DNA of 64,000 nucleotides, taken from the NCBI GenBank assembly GCA_040387635.1, contig JAZKDJ010000001.1, forward strand, positions 387,193-451,192, given 5' to 3'. The stretch is from Patescibacteria group bacterium (GTDB lineage: Bacteria > Patescibacteriota > Minisyncoccia > Phycocordibacterales > PALSA-1337). The notes below the pieces were generated by a model that was given only the letters and a program-made list of their open reading frames with translations, was not told the DNA's origin and did not search any database. Positions 1 through 9,156 of this stretch are shown piece after piece. The position numbers and the translations under genes are program-made. Each line of letters opens with the position of its first letter. Positions within the stretch are counted from its first letter, which is position 1.

Positions 1-540
1 TTCAGAATCTGCTATGACATCCCTTGTGAAAGAAACTTCAGCAGCTCCATGCAAAGCAATCACCTTCCCTTTTAGTTCCAAAGAACCGAGTTCTGTCGCA
101 GAAGCAATCTCTGGCAGAAAACCTCTTCCTGATTGCTCAGAAGCTTCTTTAACGATAGCGAAAATCCTATCGGGGTTCAACTTATTCAAATGAGATCTTT
201 CTGAGACTACTGGAGTAATTGATGTAACGCCGAGTTCTGTCGCTTTCTCAACAAGCCATTCAAACTTATCTTTTTTGATAACAGCAGCAAACAAATGAAC
301 TTTTTTCGAGAATGCAGGACGCTCTCGTGAATCTTGGATATCAAGCGAGGCACTTTTGCCATGAAGCTGCGCAATTTCCGCTGTACATTCCATACCTGAT
401 CCATCGAAGACAATGACGCTGTCCCCTTCTTTCAACCTGAACACGTTTCTCCATTGGTGAACGAGCTTTTCATCATCGATATTAATGCTCGATTGGCCAA
501 TTGAAAGCGGGGTATTTATGTAAAATCTGTGGAGCCTCAT
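1..540 (-). CDS. rsmE: 16S rRNA (uracil1498-N3)-methyltransferase RsmE, partial (C-terminus lies beyond the window edge)
   Basis: Absent from the ORF track because it runs off the left edge. Reverse translation from ATG at 540-538 gives MRLHRFYINTPLSIGQSSINIDDEKLVHQWRNVFRLKEGDSVIVFDGSGMECTAEI...KKDKFEWLVEKATELGVTSITPVVSERS...IVKEASEQSGRGFLPEI. This is the typical RsmE pattern and the frame stays open to position 1. Confidence 0.8.
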   Translation of the reverse strand, partial: MRLHRFYINTPLSIGQSSINIDDEKLVHQWRNVFRLKEGDSVIVFDGSGMECTAEIAQLHGKSASLDIQDSRERPAFSKKVHLFAAVIKKDKFEWLVEKATELGVTSITPVVSERSHLNKLNPDRIFAIVKEASEQSGRGFLPEIASATELGSLELKGKVIALHGAAEVSFTRDVIADSE

Positions 541-625
541 AGGAAAATAATGATAAAAAGGTTTGCTTGTATATGATGTATGGTTTATGTATGATAACAC
601 CATACATCTAAAAAATCATTCAACC

Positions 626-1195
626 ATGCTTATCCCTACAGTTATCGAAAAAACAAATTACGGCGAGCGAGCATACGACATTTATTCACGCCTCCTCAAA
701 GACAACATTATTTTCCTTGGCGGACCAATAGACGACCATGTTGCTAATATTGTCATCGCTCAGCTTCTATTCCTACAGTCTGAAGACTCAAAGAAAGACA
801 TTCAGCTCTATATCAACTCTCCAGGAGGTGTAGTTTCAGCTGGTCTAGCCATTATTGATACTATGAACCATGTCAAAAACGACGTGGCAACCGTTTGCGT
901 TGGTCTTGCAGCATCTATGGGTGCAGTAATCCTCTCTTCAGGAGCAAAAGGTAAGCGAAGCGCTCTTACAAACTCTGAAATAATGATCCACCAGCCACTT
1001 GGAGGTGCAGAAGGACAGGCTTCTGATATTGAAATCAGCGCAAAGCGAATCCTCAAGAATCGAGATCTTCTAAACAAGATGCTCGCAAAGAACACAGGCC
1101 AGCCACTCACAAAGATTGAAAAGGACGTTGATCGTGATTTCTTCCTCAACGCACCCGAAGCTCAAAAATACGGAATCATAGACAAAGTCTTCTAG
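626..1195 (+). CDS. clpP: ATP-dependent Clp protease proteolytic subunit ClpP
   Basis: ORF 563..1195. The conserved ClpP core starts at [26 protein letters not shown], with active-site contexts GLAASMGA and MIHQPLGG. The internal ATG at 626 is preferred because the upstream 21 aa look non-conserved. Confidence 0.93.
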   Translation: MLIPTVIEKTNYGERAYDIYSRLLKDNIIFLGGPIDDHVANIVIAQLLFLQSEDSKKDIQLYINSPGGVVSAGLAIIDTMNHVKNDVATVCVGLAASMGAVILSSGAKGKRSALTNSEIMIHQPLGGAEGQASDIEISAKRILKNRDLLNKMLAKNTGQPLTKIEKDVDRDFFLNAPEAQKYGIIDKVF

Positions 1196-1339
1196 GTATC
1201 GTATGATGAATGCGTTATTAAGATAATTCGTCCGCTTTTTCTTTGTAATGCTTACCGGATTCCAGAATACCCCCTAGCTAGGCCATTTACCGTACACTTT
1301 TTATATCCTGTTTCCCATTAGAACCGCAAAAGCGGGCAC

Positions 1340-2875
1340 ATGTTTATGTCATTGAAATTAGTAGTAATGTTCCTCGCTCTCACAGGAGTGATCGGGGTTG
1401 CACTCGGCTACTATCTTAGATTCATCATTTCATTGGGCAAAAAAAGCTCAATCGAATTGGAAATCAAAGAATTATTGCTCGAGGCAAAAGAAGAAGCAAA
1501 GAAGATAACCACGGAAGCAGAAGACAAAGCACGCAGGATGCTCGATGAATCCCGCATAGAAGTAAAAGAACAAGCCGAAAAACATCGGGTAATTGAGGCG
1601 CGTCTTATAAAGAAGGAGGATAACCTCGATAAACGACAAGCAGATATCGACAAGGAAGTAGAGCATATCAAGGAAAAGATCGTAGAAATCAAGCAAATCA
1701 AGGAACGAGCTGATGCTATGGAAAGCCAGAAGAAGACCGAACTTGAAAGGATTTCTGGTATGACAGCTGAAACAGCAAAGGAACAGCTCATCAAGAACCT
1801 TGAGAAGAACAGCGCTGAAGATCTTCTCATTAGAATGCAGAAAATCGAGATGCATGGCGAAGAATTGCTAGAAGACAAGGCAAAAGAGATACTTACGACA
1901 TCTATTCAAAGACTAGCCTCGTCAGTTGCATCAGATGTAATGTCTACAGTGGTAGAAATCCCTAGTGACGAGGTTAAGGGTAAGGTTATAGGTAAAGAAG
2001 GTAGGAATATCAAGGCATTTGAACGAGCGACAGGTGTTGAGCTCCTTATTGACGATACTCCAGGAGCCATCACTATCTCCTCTTTCGATCCAGTACGACG
2101 CCATATTGCAAGATTAGCGCTTGAAGAATTGATCAAGGACGGCCGTATACAGCCAGCAAAGATAGAAAAGGTTGTAGAAAAGGCGAAGGAAGACATCAAT
2201 AAGACAATTAAGGAAAAGGGTGAACAAGCTGCATTTGAATGTGGCGTTATTGGCTTAGATCCTCGAGTTCTCTTGGTTCTTGGACGATTACACTTCCGAA
2301 CAAGCTATGGCCAGAACGTGCTCCAGCACTCTATAGAGATGTCACATATTGCTGGCATGATTGCACAAGAAATTGGTGCTAATGTGGCTATAGCTAAGGC
2401 TGGTGCTCTACTCCACGACCTAGGTAAAGCCTTAGATCACGAAGTTGCAGGAAGCCATGTTGAAATTGGCCGCAGAATTCTTCAGAAGTTTGGTGCCAAC
2501 GAAGAAATCGTCAAAGCCATGCAGGCACATCACGAGGAATATCCTTACGAAACACTGGAATCAAGAATCGTACAGACAGCAGATGCTATCTCAGGAGCAC
2601 GCCCAGGAGCACGACGAGACAGCATTGAGAACTATCTCAAGCGTCTTGCAGATCTCGAAGCAATTGCAAACTCATTCAAAGGCATTGAGAAGTCCTATGC
2701 CCTTCAGGCTGGCCGTGAAATTAGAATCTTCGTTACTCCTGAACAAGTAAGCGATCTTGAAGCAAAAACTATCGCACGAGATATAGCGCTCAAAATTGAA
2801 AACACACTCAAGTATCCTGGTGAAATCAAAGTAATGGTGATAAGAGAATCTCGCGTAATTGAATTCGCACGATAA
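1340..2875 (+). CDS. rny: Ribonuclease Y
   Basis: 511 aa with an N-terminal TM helix, a long charged coiled coil, a KH motif (KGKVIGKEGRNIKAFE) and an HD domain (LLHDLGKA...HHEE). Confidence 0.93.
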   Translation: MFMSLKLVVMFLALTGVIGVALGYYLRFIISLGKKSSIELEIKELLLEAKEEAKKITTEAEDKARRMLDESRIEVKEQAEKHRVIEARLIKKEDNLDKRQADIDKEVEHIKEKIVEIKQIKERADAMESQKKTELERISGMTAETAKEQLIKNLEKNSAEDLLIRMQKIEMHGEELLEDKAKEILTTSIQRLASSVASDVMSTVVEIPSDEVKGKVIGKEGRNIKAFERATGVELLIDDTPGAITISSFDPVRRHIARLALEELIKDGRIQPAKIEKVVEKAKEDINKTIKEKGEQAAFECGVIGLDPRVLLVLGRLHFRTSYGQNVLQHSIEMSHIAGMIAQEIGANVAIAKAGALLHDLGKALDHEVAGSHVEIGRRILQKFGANEEIVKAMQAHHEEYPYETLESRIVQTADAISGARPGARRDSIENYLKRLADLEAIANSFKGIEKSYALQAGREIRIFVTPEQVSDLEAKTIARDIALKIENTLKYPGEIKVMVIRESRVIEFAR

Positions 2876-2955
2876 AAAATATCAGCTCGTTATTGTAGAT
2901 TGTTGATAATCACTGAATAGTTGCTCATTTGTCAAAACAATTATCTCGTTTTTTG

Positions 2956-2985
2956 TTGATTGCATTCAAAAACCCTTGTTATATA
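2956..2985 (+). promoter_or_regulatory. Putative sigma70-type promoter upstream of hup
   Basis: TTGATT (2956-2961), an 18 nt spacer ending in TG (2977-2978), then TATATA (2980-2985), about 75 nt upstream of the hup ATG. Motif match only. Confidence 0.4.
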
Positions 2986-3060
2986 ATGGTATGGGGGATA
3001 AACTCTGGCGTTGGTTCGCTAAGAGTGGTGAAATAAAAAATTATTAATAAAACAAGGAAT

Positions 3061-3333
3061 ATGAACAAACAAGCAATTATCGACGCAGTCCATCAGGTAC
3101 TTGGTGGAACAAAGGTTCAGGCAGAACAGGCAGTTGAAACAGTAGTTAACTCAATCGTTAACACAATGAAGAAGGGTGAAGAAGTTTCAATTGCTGGTAT
3201 TGGTATCTTCTCAGTCAAGAACCGAGCAGCACGAGAAGCTCGAAATCCTCGAACTGGTGAGACTATCAAGGTTCCTGCAATGAAGGTTCCTAAGTTCCGA
3301 GCTGCAAAGGCTCTCAAGGACGCTGTAAAATAA
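3061..3333 (+). CDS. hup: DNA-binding protein HU
   Basis: 90 aa: MNKQAIIDAV...GIGIFSVKNRAAREARNPRTGETIKVPAMKVPKFRAAKALKDAV, the canonical HU/IHF arm motif. Confidence 0.95.
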   Translation: MNKQAIIDAVHQVLGGTKVQAEQAVETVVNSIVNTMKKGEEVSIAGIGIFSVKNRAAREARNPRTGETIKVPAMKVPKFRAAKALKDAVK

Positions 3334-3381
3334 TATTTTAGCGTACTGATACCTAAGAGGTACTCTTTACCACTTTAGTGC

Positions 3382-3409
3382 AAAAATACCGCCATATGGC
3401 GGTATTTTT
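3382..3409. terminator. Bidirectional rho-independent terminator
   Basis: Perfect palindrome AAAAATACCGCCA-TA-TGGCGGTATTTTT, with A-tract and T-tract flanks, downstream of hup. Confidence 0.75.
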
Positions 3410-3478
3410 GCTGTTTCGAGAAGATAAGCCTGAGGCTAACACTTCCCTATTCACTTCGTGCACTGACGCTTATTACAG

Positions 3479-3549
3479 TGCGGGATGGGGGAATCGAACT
3501 CCCGACCACAGTTTGGAAAACTGTCGTTTTACCACTAAACTAATCCCGC
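3479..3549 (-). tRNA. tRNA-Gly (anticodon UCC), no encoded CCA
   Basis: Hand-folded cloverleaf: acceptor GCGGGAT/ATCCCGC, D arm GTTT-AGTGGTA-AAAC, anticodon stem ACAGT/ACTGT with loop TTTCCAA (UCC). The T arm is GGGAG-TTCGATT-CCCCC with one A-C mismatch, and the discriminator is A. Confidence 0.8.
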
Positions 3550-3647
3550 GATACAGGAACTATAGCAAATTCGCTGATTTTTACAAATGTCATAGCGTAC
3601 ATAATTGATTGTAGCGCTATATTCTTTTTGTTCTTCTAACTAATCAA

Positions 3648-3962
3648 TTACTTAAGCTTCTTTTGAAGCTTCTTCGATACAGCAATAAGCATATCAAAAT
3701 CATCTTCTTTTCTTGAACGTATTCTGCGTTCAATATTGCATGTGCGGCACTTTTGAATTATCACGTAGTCTCCTTTCTCAGTTTCTACTCTAATCGGTTC
3801 CATGAGTCCATGGCATATTTCTCCCCTGTCACCAGGAAAGATATCCACATGCTTGCTGAACAGGCATTTGGGACAATGATTCGTATATCCATCTCCAACT
3901 ACATCAAAACTGCAGTTTTCACATTTAAAGTCTTCAACGTTTTTTACGAATCTTGGTTTCAT
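3648..3962 (-). CDS. RNHCP domain-containing zinc-ribbon protein
   Basis: 104 aa with CENC...TNHCPKC...C...CRTC cysteine pairs and the TNHCP signature of the RNHCP family. Confidence 0.7.
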   Translation of the reverse strand: MKPRFVKNVEDFKCENCSFDVVGDGYTNHCPKCLFSKHVDIFPGDRGEICHGLMEPIRVETEKGDYVIIQKCRTCNIERRIRSRKEDDFDMLIAVSKKLQKKLK

Positions 3963-4021
3963 GATTAACGTCAGTCAAAACCATCTATAAAGATGCGGAT
4001 CTCGTATTACCTAGAGTTTGC

Positions 4022-4097
4022 TGGTCGGAGCGCCGGGATTCGAACCCGGAGTCGTCTGTTCCCAAAACAGAAATGTTAGCCGTTACACCACGCTCCG
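4022..4097 (-). tRNA. tRNA-Pro (anticodon UGG), CCA encoded
   Basis: Acceptor CGGAGCG/CGCTCCG, anticodon stem TCTGT/ACAGA with loop TTTGGGA (UGG, G37), T arm CCGGG-TTCGAAT-CCCGG, 3' ACCA present in the DNA. Confidence 0.88.
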
Positions 4098-4173
4098 TAA
4101 CCACACAATACTAGCATGTTGCCTAAAAAACTCAAAGAAAATCATGAGATGAGCCAAGCTTTAGATTTTCCAA

Positions 4174-4578
4174 TCAAAAGCATAGCTTGTTAAGAAACCT
4201 GATCTTCCCTTTTCGAGCGGCTTTATTTATAGACACAGAAACTACTGCAAATGCGATAGTACTGAAATTGTATGCTATATCATTATCCTTTAAACCTTTG
4301 AGGTATTGAGCCGCTAGCTTTCTGATTCTTAATGTTTTTGTCCTATTAACCCTTACTTCTGGCCTATATGCTTCTGTTTCGTAAGTATCTCCGCTTTGTC
4401 GAGATGACTTAACCTCTATAAAGGTTAGAACCTCGTTATTGAGGGCTATAATGTCTATCTCCCCTGCCTTACTCCTTATATTGCGGTCTACAATAGAGTA
4501 TCCATGTTTCATAAGAAACCTTACAGCCATATCTTCACCCCACTTACCAAATTCAATCTTTGCTGTATTTTGTGACAT
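4174..4578 (-). CDS. YraN family (UPF0102) endonuclease-like protein
   Basis: 134 aa: GKWGEDMAVRFLMKHGYSIVDRNIRSKAGEIDIIALNNEVLTFIEVKS matches the YraN/UPF0102 core (G-E..A..YL...G......N.R...GEID.I......L.FVEVK). Confidence 0.8.
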   Translation of the reverse strand: MSQNTAKIEFGKWGEDMAVRFLMKHGYSIVDRNIRSKAGEIDIIALNNEVLTFIEVKSSRQSGDTYETEAYRPEVRVNRTKTLRIRKLAAQYLKGLKDNDIAYNFSTIAFAVVSVSINKAARKGKIRFLNKLCF

Positions 4579-4771
4579 CTTTGAAGTTAACTACTTATAA
4601 TTAATAGGACTAATTATAAACAGCTGACCTAAAGACTTAATCAAAAAAGAATAAAATACCCTTATTCCTACGTCGTTTCATGTTTAACAAAGACAGATAA
4701 CGTTTCACATGAAACATGTATAGGACTGCTCTAGGACGAATATAAGCCATATTTCGTGTCTTTTATAAACA

Positions 4772-4802
4772 ATATCCACAGAGTTATCCACAGTTATGCA
4801 CA
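4772..4802 (+). promoter_or_regulatory. Cluster of three same-orientation DnaA boxes
   Basis: ATATCCACA (4772-4780), perfect TTATCCACA (4784-4792) and TTATGCACA (4794-4802), in the intergenic region upstream of yraN. Confidence 0.5.
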
Positions 4803-4912
4803 AAACCCTTATTTTTATTGGCTATTTATTAGGGACTAGGTGGGAATAAGTCCCTTATACGATCGGACACTCTTTAGGACTCTTTCAAATACACGGAGAA
4901 ACCTACGTTTTG

Positions 4913-4983
4913 TGCGGGTAGGGAGAATCGAACTCCCGTCTCAACCTTGGCAAGGTCGTGTTCTACCACTAAACCATACCCGC
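4913..4983 (-). tRNA. tRNA-Gly (anticodon GCC), no encoded CCA
   Basis: Acceptor GCGGGTA/TACCCGC, anticodon stem CGACC/GGTTG with loop TTGCCAA (GCC), T arm GGGAG-TTCGATT-CTCCC. Confidence 0.9.
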
Positions 4984-5066
4984 ATCGCTTACTTTTCAAG
5001 CTCGATCATTATACTTTAGTCTTGCTAGGTTCGCCAAACCCTTCAATGCAAACCTTCCAAAACATG

Positions 5067-5138
5067 TGCTCTCGGAGGGATTCGAACCCCCAACAACGGT
5101 TCCGAAGACCGGTATGATATCCATTTCACTACGAGAGC
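5067..5138 (-). tRNA. tRNA-Arg (anticodon UCG), no encoded CCA
   Basis: Acceptor GCTCTCG/CGAGAGC, D arm GTGA-AATGGATA-TCAT. The anticodon stem is CCGGT/ACCGT (27-43 mismatch) with loop CTTCGGA (UCG), and the T arm is GGGGG-TTCGAAT-CCCTC. Confidence 0.8.
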
Positions 5139-5216
5139 ATTTACTCTATTTTCAAAAACATTGTAATCATACATTAAATTGGGTAAAAATCAAAAAATAT
5201 ACTACAATGAGGCCGA

Positions 5217-6713
5217 ATGACGACATATAAGCAGGACAAAAACCTCCAGGTTCCAAAGGAGGTTTCATATGTAACAAAAACCCTCGAAAACAGCGGTTTT
5301 GAGGCTTATCTCATTGGTGGATCGGTTCGAGACATTATATTGGGCCGACAGCCAAAAGATTGGGATGTTGCTACTAACGCACGACCTGAAGACATCATCA
5401 AAATCTTCACCAAGACATTCTATGAAAACAAATTCGGAACTGTAGGTGTAGTTCAGGAAGATGCCTCATTTGAAAACCTCAAAGTAATAGAGGTTACTCC
5501 TTACCGCATTGAGAGCGGCTACAGTGACAATAGACACCCTGACAGGGTGGACTTCAGCACAAAGCTCGAGGACGATCTTAAGCGTCGAGATTTCACGATT
5601 AACGCCCTTGCAGGACATATAAAGGACGATGCTATTCATGAGATCATAGACATGTTCGGGGGAATGCAGGATATAAAGGACAAGTCATTAAGGACAGTAG
5701 GGAAGGCAACTGACAGGTTCGAAGAGGACGGACTTAGAATACTCCGGGCCGTCAGAATAACCACAGAACTAGGGTTTTCCATTAATACAGAGACGCAGGA
5801 AGCTATTGTTTCATGTGGAACACTCCTCAAAAACATAGCCATGGAGAGAATCCAAGTTGAATTTTCTAAGATATTGATGTCAGATAGCCCCATAATAGGA
5901 GTAAACTTGGCTCAAAAGCTCGGTATTTTGAAGTTTATTGCACCTGAACTAGAGCAAGGAATAGGTGTGGAACAGAACCAGGCTCACAGTTTCGATGTTT
6001 GGGAGCACCTTCTAAGGTCACTCCAGCATGCTGCCGATCAGAACTGGCCGCTGGAAATAAGACTCGCAGCCCTGTTTCATGATATTGCCAAGCCAGAAAC
6101 ACGCCGGTTTTCACATGAAACAAAACAATGGACGTTTTACGGCCATGAAGTAGTGGGTTCACGTGTAACACGTAAGATACTGGAGCGGCTCAAGTATCCA
6201 AAGAAGACTATTGATAAGGTGACGACCCTAGTACGCTGGCATATGTTTATGTCCGATACAGAAACTATCTCATTAGCCGCTGTTAGGAGAATGATAGTAA
6301 ATGTGGGACCTGAAAACATATGGGATCTCATGAATCTTCGTATCTGTGACCGAATAGGTACAGGAAGACCTAAGGCAAATCCATACAGACTAAGGAAGTA
6401 CAAGGCTATGATAGAAGAAGCGCTACGGGCACCGCTAACAGTAAGCACTCTGAAGCTTAACGGTAAGGAGCTCATGGAAGTATTAGGGGAGGCACCAGGA
6501 CCAAAGATAGGGTATATACTCCATGCACTTCTGGAAGAAGTCATTGAGAAACCAGAGTTAAACACACGAGAATACCTGGAACAGCGCTCAAAAGACCTAA
6601 ACAAACTCAGTATTGAAGACTTAAAGAAGCTCGGCGAGCTTGGAAAACATAAAAAGGAAGAGGTGGAAGCAGAGAATATCGAGGAAATAAGGAAGAAATA
6701 CGGCGTAAAATAA
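5217..6713 (+). CDS. cca: CCA-adding tRNA nucleotidyltransferase (polyA polymerase head domain plus HD domain)
   Basis: 498 aa with GGSVRDIILGRQPKDWDVAT, RDFTINAL and a C-terminal HD region (LFHDIAKP...GHEVVG). Confidence 0.88.
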   Translation: MTTYKQDKNLQVPKEVSYVTKTLENSGFEAYLIGGSVRDIILGRQPKDWDVATNARPEDIIKIFTKTFYENKFGTVGVVQEDASFENLKVIEVTPYRIESGYSDNRHPDRVDFSTKLEDDLKRRDFTINALAGHIKDDAIHEIIDMFGGMQDIKDKSLRTVGKATDRFEEDGLRILRAVRITTELGFSINTETQEAIVSCGTLLKNIAMERIQVEFSKILMSDSPIIGVNLAQKLGILKFIAPELEQGIGVEQNQAHSFDVWEHLLRSLQHAADQNWPLEIRLAALFHDIAKPETRRFSHETKQWTFYGHEVVGSRVTRKILERLKYPKKTIDKVTTLVRWHMFMSDTETISLAAVRRMIVNVGPENIWDLMNLRICDRIGTGRPKANPYRLRKYKAMIEEALRAPLTVSTLKLNGKELMEVLGEAPGPKIGYILHALLEEVIEKPELNTREYLEQRSKDLNKLSIEDLKKLGELGKHKKEEVEAENIEEIRKKYGVK

Positions 6714-6755
6714 AGGTTTCATGCGAAACGTTCCGCATGAAACCTTTTGTTTTGT
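6712..6755 (+). terminator. Rho-independent terminator after cca
   Basis: AAAGGTTTCATGCG-loop-CGCATGAAACCTTT (14 bp stem) followed by TGTTTTG. Confidence 0.75.
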
Positions 6756-7216
6756 ATTTAAAGTTCCAGGTAACAATAAACCGCGCCCTAAAAGAACGTC
6801 GGCCGGAGGATCGCACATGGCTTAAGTTCGCTTTGAAACGCGGTTTTTGAAATTCTTCGGCTTTAATTGGCCTTGGTGACAATCAGTGGAAACTGAGTAA
6901 GGTCCTATAAAATAATGGTGACACATCACCTAAGCGCTATGCGCTTTTTAAACTTGTTGTGGAACAACTCAGTTCAAACTAATCATTCTAAGGTTATCAA
7001 ACCAAAAAATTTCATTCGTAACATACTACCCAACGTTTTGTGAAAGAACTTTTGTCCTTTTGTCATTTCTCGGTTTGACTCTCGGACTGATCTGAAGATA
7101 TTGTAGCAACAATAAAAGACATGTAAAGGACATTATTGTGGATAACTCATATTATATTTGTCCTTTATAAAAGACAGATCTAAATCTGCTGTAGGACAAA
7201 TCAAAAAGACACTTAT

Positions 7217-8014
7217 TTAAAGCGATATTTCAGCAACGACAGGGCAGTGGTCCGATCCCATCACATCTGGCAAGATTGCAGCTTTAGTTACTTTTTTCTC
7301 TAAAATTTTTGACACTAAAATATAATCTATTCTCCAGCCAACATTTCTTGCTCGAGCGTTTGACCAATTTGACCACCAGCTATAGTGACCATTTCCTGAA
7401 TTAAAAATTCTGAACGTATCAATAAATCCTTCATCGATAAAGTTCTGAAATCCCTCTCTTTCTTCTGCTGTAAAACCCTTATTACCTTCATTCTCTTTTG
7501 GGCGAGCGAGATCATCTGGTGTGTGGGCCACATTGAGGTCACCACAGAAAATCACAGGCTTCTTGGATTCCAATTCCTTACAAAAGGCCAAGAATGCTGG
7601 ATCCCACTGCTTATGACGTAGGGGAACCCGGCTTAAATCATCCTTAGCATTAGGCGTATACACCGTAACTACATAGTATTTGTCGAATTCTGCACTAATG
7701 ACACGACCTTCAGTATTAGGATCGCCATAATCATCTGCCACCAAGCCAAACTTCTTAATAATATGAGCAGGTAAGCCATTTACTACCGAAAGAGGCTTGA
7801 TTTTGCTGAATATAGCCGTACCTGAGTAGCCTTTTTTGGTGGCCGAATTCCAGTATTCCGTATATTGAGGTAAATCAATAACAGCTTGGTGCTGTTCGGC
7901 TTTAGTTTCTTGGAGACACAGGATATCAGGGTCATACTTCTGAATAAAGGGCAGGAAAGTGCCTTTTTTCAATACCGCCCTGATACCATTAACGTTCCAA
8001 GATATTATTTTCAT
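7217..8014 (-). CDS. xth: Exodeoxyribonuclease III
   Basis: 265 aa: MKIISWNVNGIRA...DILCLQETK...GDLNVAH...WRIDYILVS...GSDHCPV, the ExoIII/APE1 motifs. Confidence 0.93.
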   Translation of the reverse strand: MKIISWNVNGIRAVLKKGTFLPFIQKYDPDILCLQETKAEQHQAVIDLPQYTEYWNSATKKGYSGTAIFSKIKPLSVVNGLPAHIIKKFGLVADDYGDPNTEGRVISAEFDKYYVVTVYTPNAKDDLSRVPLRHKQWDPAFLAFCKELESKKPVIFCGDLNVAHTPDDLARPKENEGNKGFTAEEREGFQNFIDEGFIDTFRIFNSGNGHYSWWSNWSNARARNVGWRIDYILVSKILEKKVTKAAILPDVMGSDHCPVVAEISL

Positions 8015-8077
8015 ATTTTATTGATTCTTTTCGGGTTTTACCTCTAACTTATCTCAATTCTTTCTCAACTAAGCCAT

Positions 8078-9076
8078 CTAATCATTCCTTCTGTTCTTTT
8101 TCTTATGGAACTGCCTATGAATAGCACCGAGTTCACTATCGGTAACATGCGTATAAATCTGAGTTGTGGCTATATTAGCATGTCCCAAGAGCATCTGGAC
8201 CGAACGTAGGTCAGCGCCGTTTCGTAGTAGATCTGTCGCAAAACTGTGGCGAATAACGTGAGGAGTGACTTTCTTAGATATTCCAGCCTTAACTCCATAG
8301 TGCTTAATGATTCTTTCTACAGATCGGGGAGTGAGTCTCAGGGTTGAAGTCTCTCTAACTTTCACGCTTTTTCCAGAACTGTCCTTACCTGTCTTGATTT
8401 TATCTTGTCCTAACTTGTCCCTCTCACCCCTAAGATTAACAAAAAGGGCATCATCGAAGTCGTCACGCTTGTCCAAATATGCTTTTAGCATCTTTTTTGC
8501 ATCATCAGATAGGAAAACAACACGGACTTTCTCACCTTTTCCTCGAACTGAGAATTCGTCCTCCTTGAGGTTGAGCTCTCGAGGGAGGTTACATAGCTCG
8601 GAAACACGGAGACCTGTGGAAAACAAAAGTTCCATTATGGCTCTGTCCCTCATACCTTTGAGGGTGCTGACATCAGGAGCCTTAAACAACCGCTCTAATT
8701 CGTCACTAGTAATAAGGTCTAATGATCGTTCTGGGACCTTAGCGAGCTCAATTCTGTCTGGAGGAACGGCCTTAATTCCACGTTTTGCAAGATATTTAAG
8801 AAAAGAACGCAATGCTATGAGATAGTAGTTCTGAGTGCGCTTCTTAAGCGTTTCGTTCCTTTGGGTTAAAGAACGGTTATTTGACTGTCTGTTGAGCCAT
8901 AATCTAAATTCTCGGAGAAGGGAATCATTGATCTGATCTATGTTTTTTGCCTTAGAAAACTCAATAAATCGGCTCAAATAGTGGTCATAATTACGAACAG
9001 TACTGATACTCCTACCTTTTTCGATCTCAACGTATTCAAGAAACTGTTGTTTTAGGTCTAGGAGGTTGTACGACAT
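8078..9076 (-). CDS. Tyrosine site-specific recombinase, XerC/XerD-like
   Basis: N-terminal SAM-like core-binding domain, then a catalytic domain with R...HVIRHSFATDLLRNGADLRSVQMLLGHANIATTQIYTHV. The start is taken at the internal ATG (MSYNLLDLKQQF). A lysine-rich insertion lies between the catalytic motifs. Confidence 0.85.
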   Translation of the reverse strand: MSYNLLDLKQQFLEYVEIEKGRSISTVRNYDHYLSRFIEFSKAKNIDQINDSLLREFRLWLNRQSNNRSLTQRNETLKKRTQNYYLIALRSFLKYLAKRGIKAVPPDRIELAKVPERSLDLITSDELERLFKAPDVSTLKGMRDRAIMELLFSTGLRVSELCNLPRELNLKEDEFSVRGKGEKVRVVFLSDDAKKMLKAYLDKRDDFDDALFVNLRGERDKLGQDKIKTGKDSSGKSVKVRETSTLRLTPRSVERIIKHYGVKAGISKKVTPHVIRHSFATDLLRNGADLRSVQMLLGHANIATTQIYTHVTDSELGAIHRQFHKKKNRRND

Positions 9077-9156
9077 AATAAAAGTATACCCCGGCAGTGG
9101 ATAAATGTGTACATTAGCTTGCAATATAAAGCTATTTATGCTATTCTATCCTCAAC

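Noticed and set aside
3479-3549. Initial reading of this tRNA as tRNA-Trp (CCA)
   Set aside because: CCA appears in the loop region. However, the canonical 5 bp stem ACAGT/ACTGT leaves the 7 nt loop TTTCCAA, which puts UCC at positions 34-36. The GCGGGA acceptor is also Gly-like.
3378-3608. 76 aa + strand ORF
   Set aside because: It runs straight through the hup terminator palindrome and the antisense of a well-folding tRNA-Gly. It has no protein-like features.
6756-7216. Assigning the long spacer to a known RNA family (RNase P RNA, tmRNA, SRP RNA, 6S)
   Set aside because: By eye I found no GGAAAGTCC-type RNase P motif, no tRNA-like TTCGA T-loop with an ACCA end, and no SRP domain IV GGAA/AGCA motif. 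It stays an unnamed candidate only.
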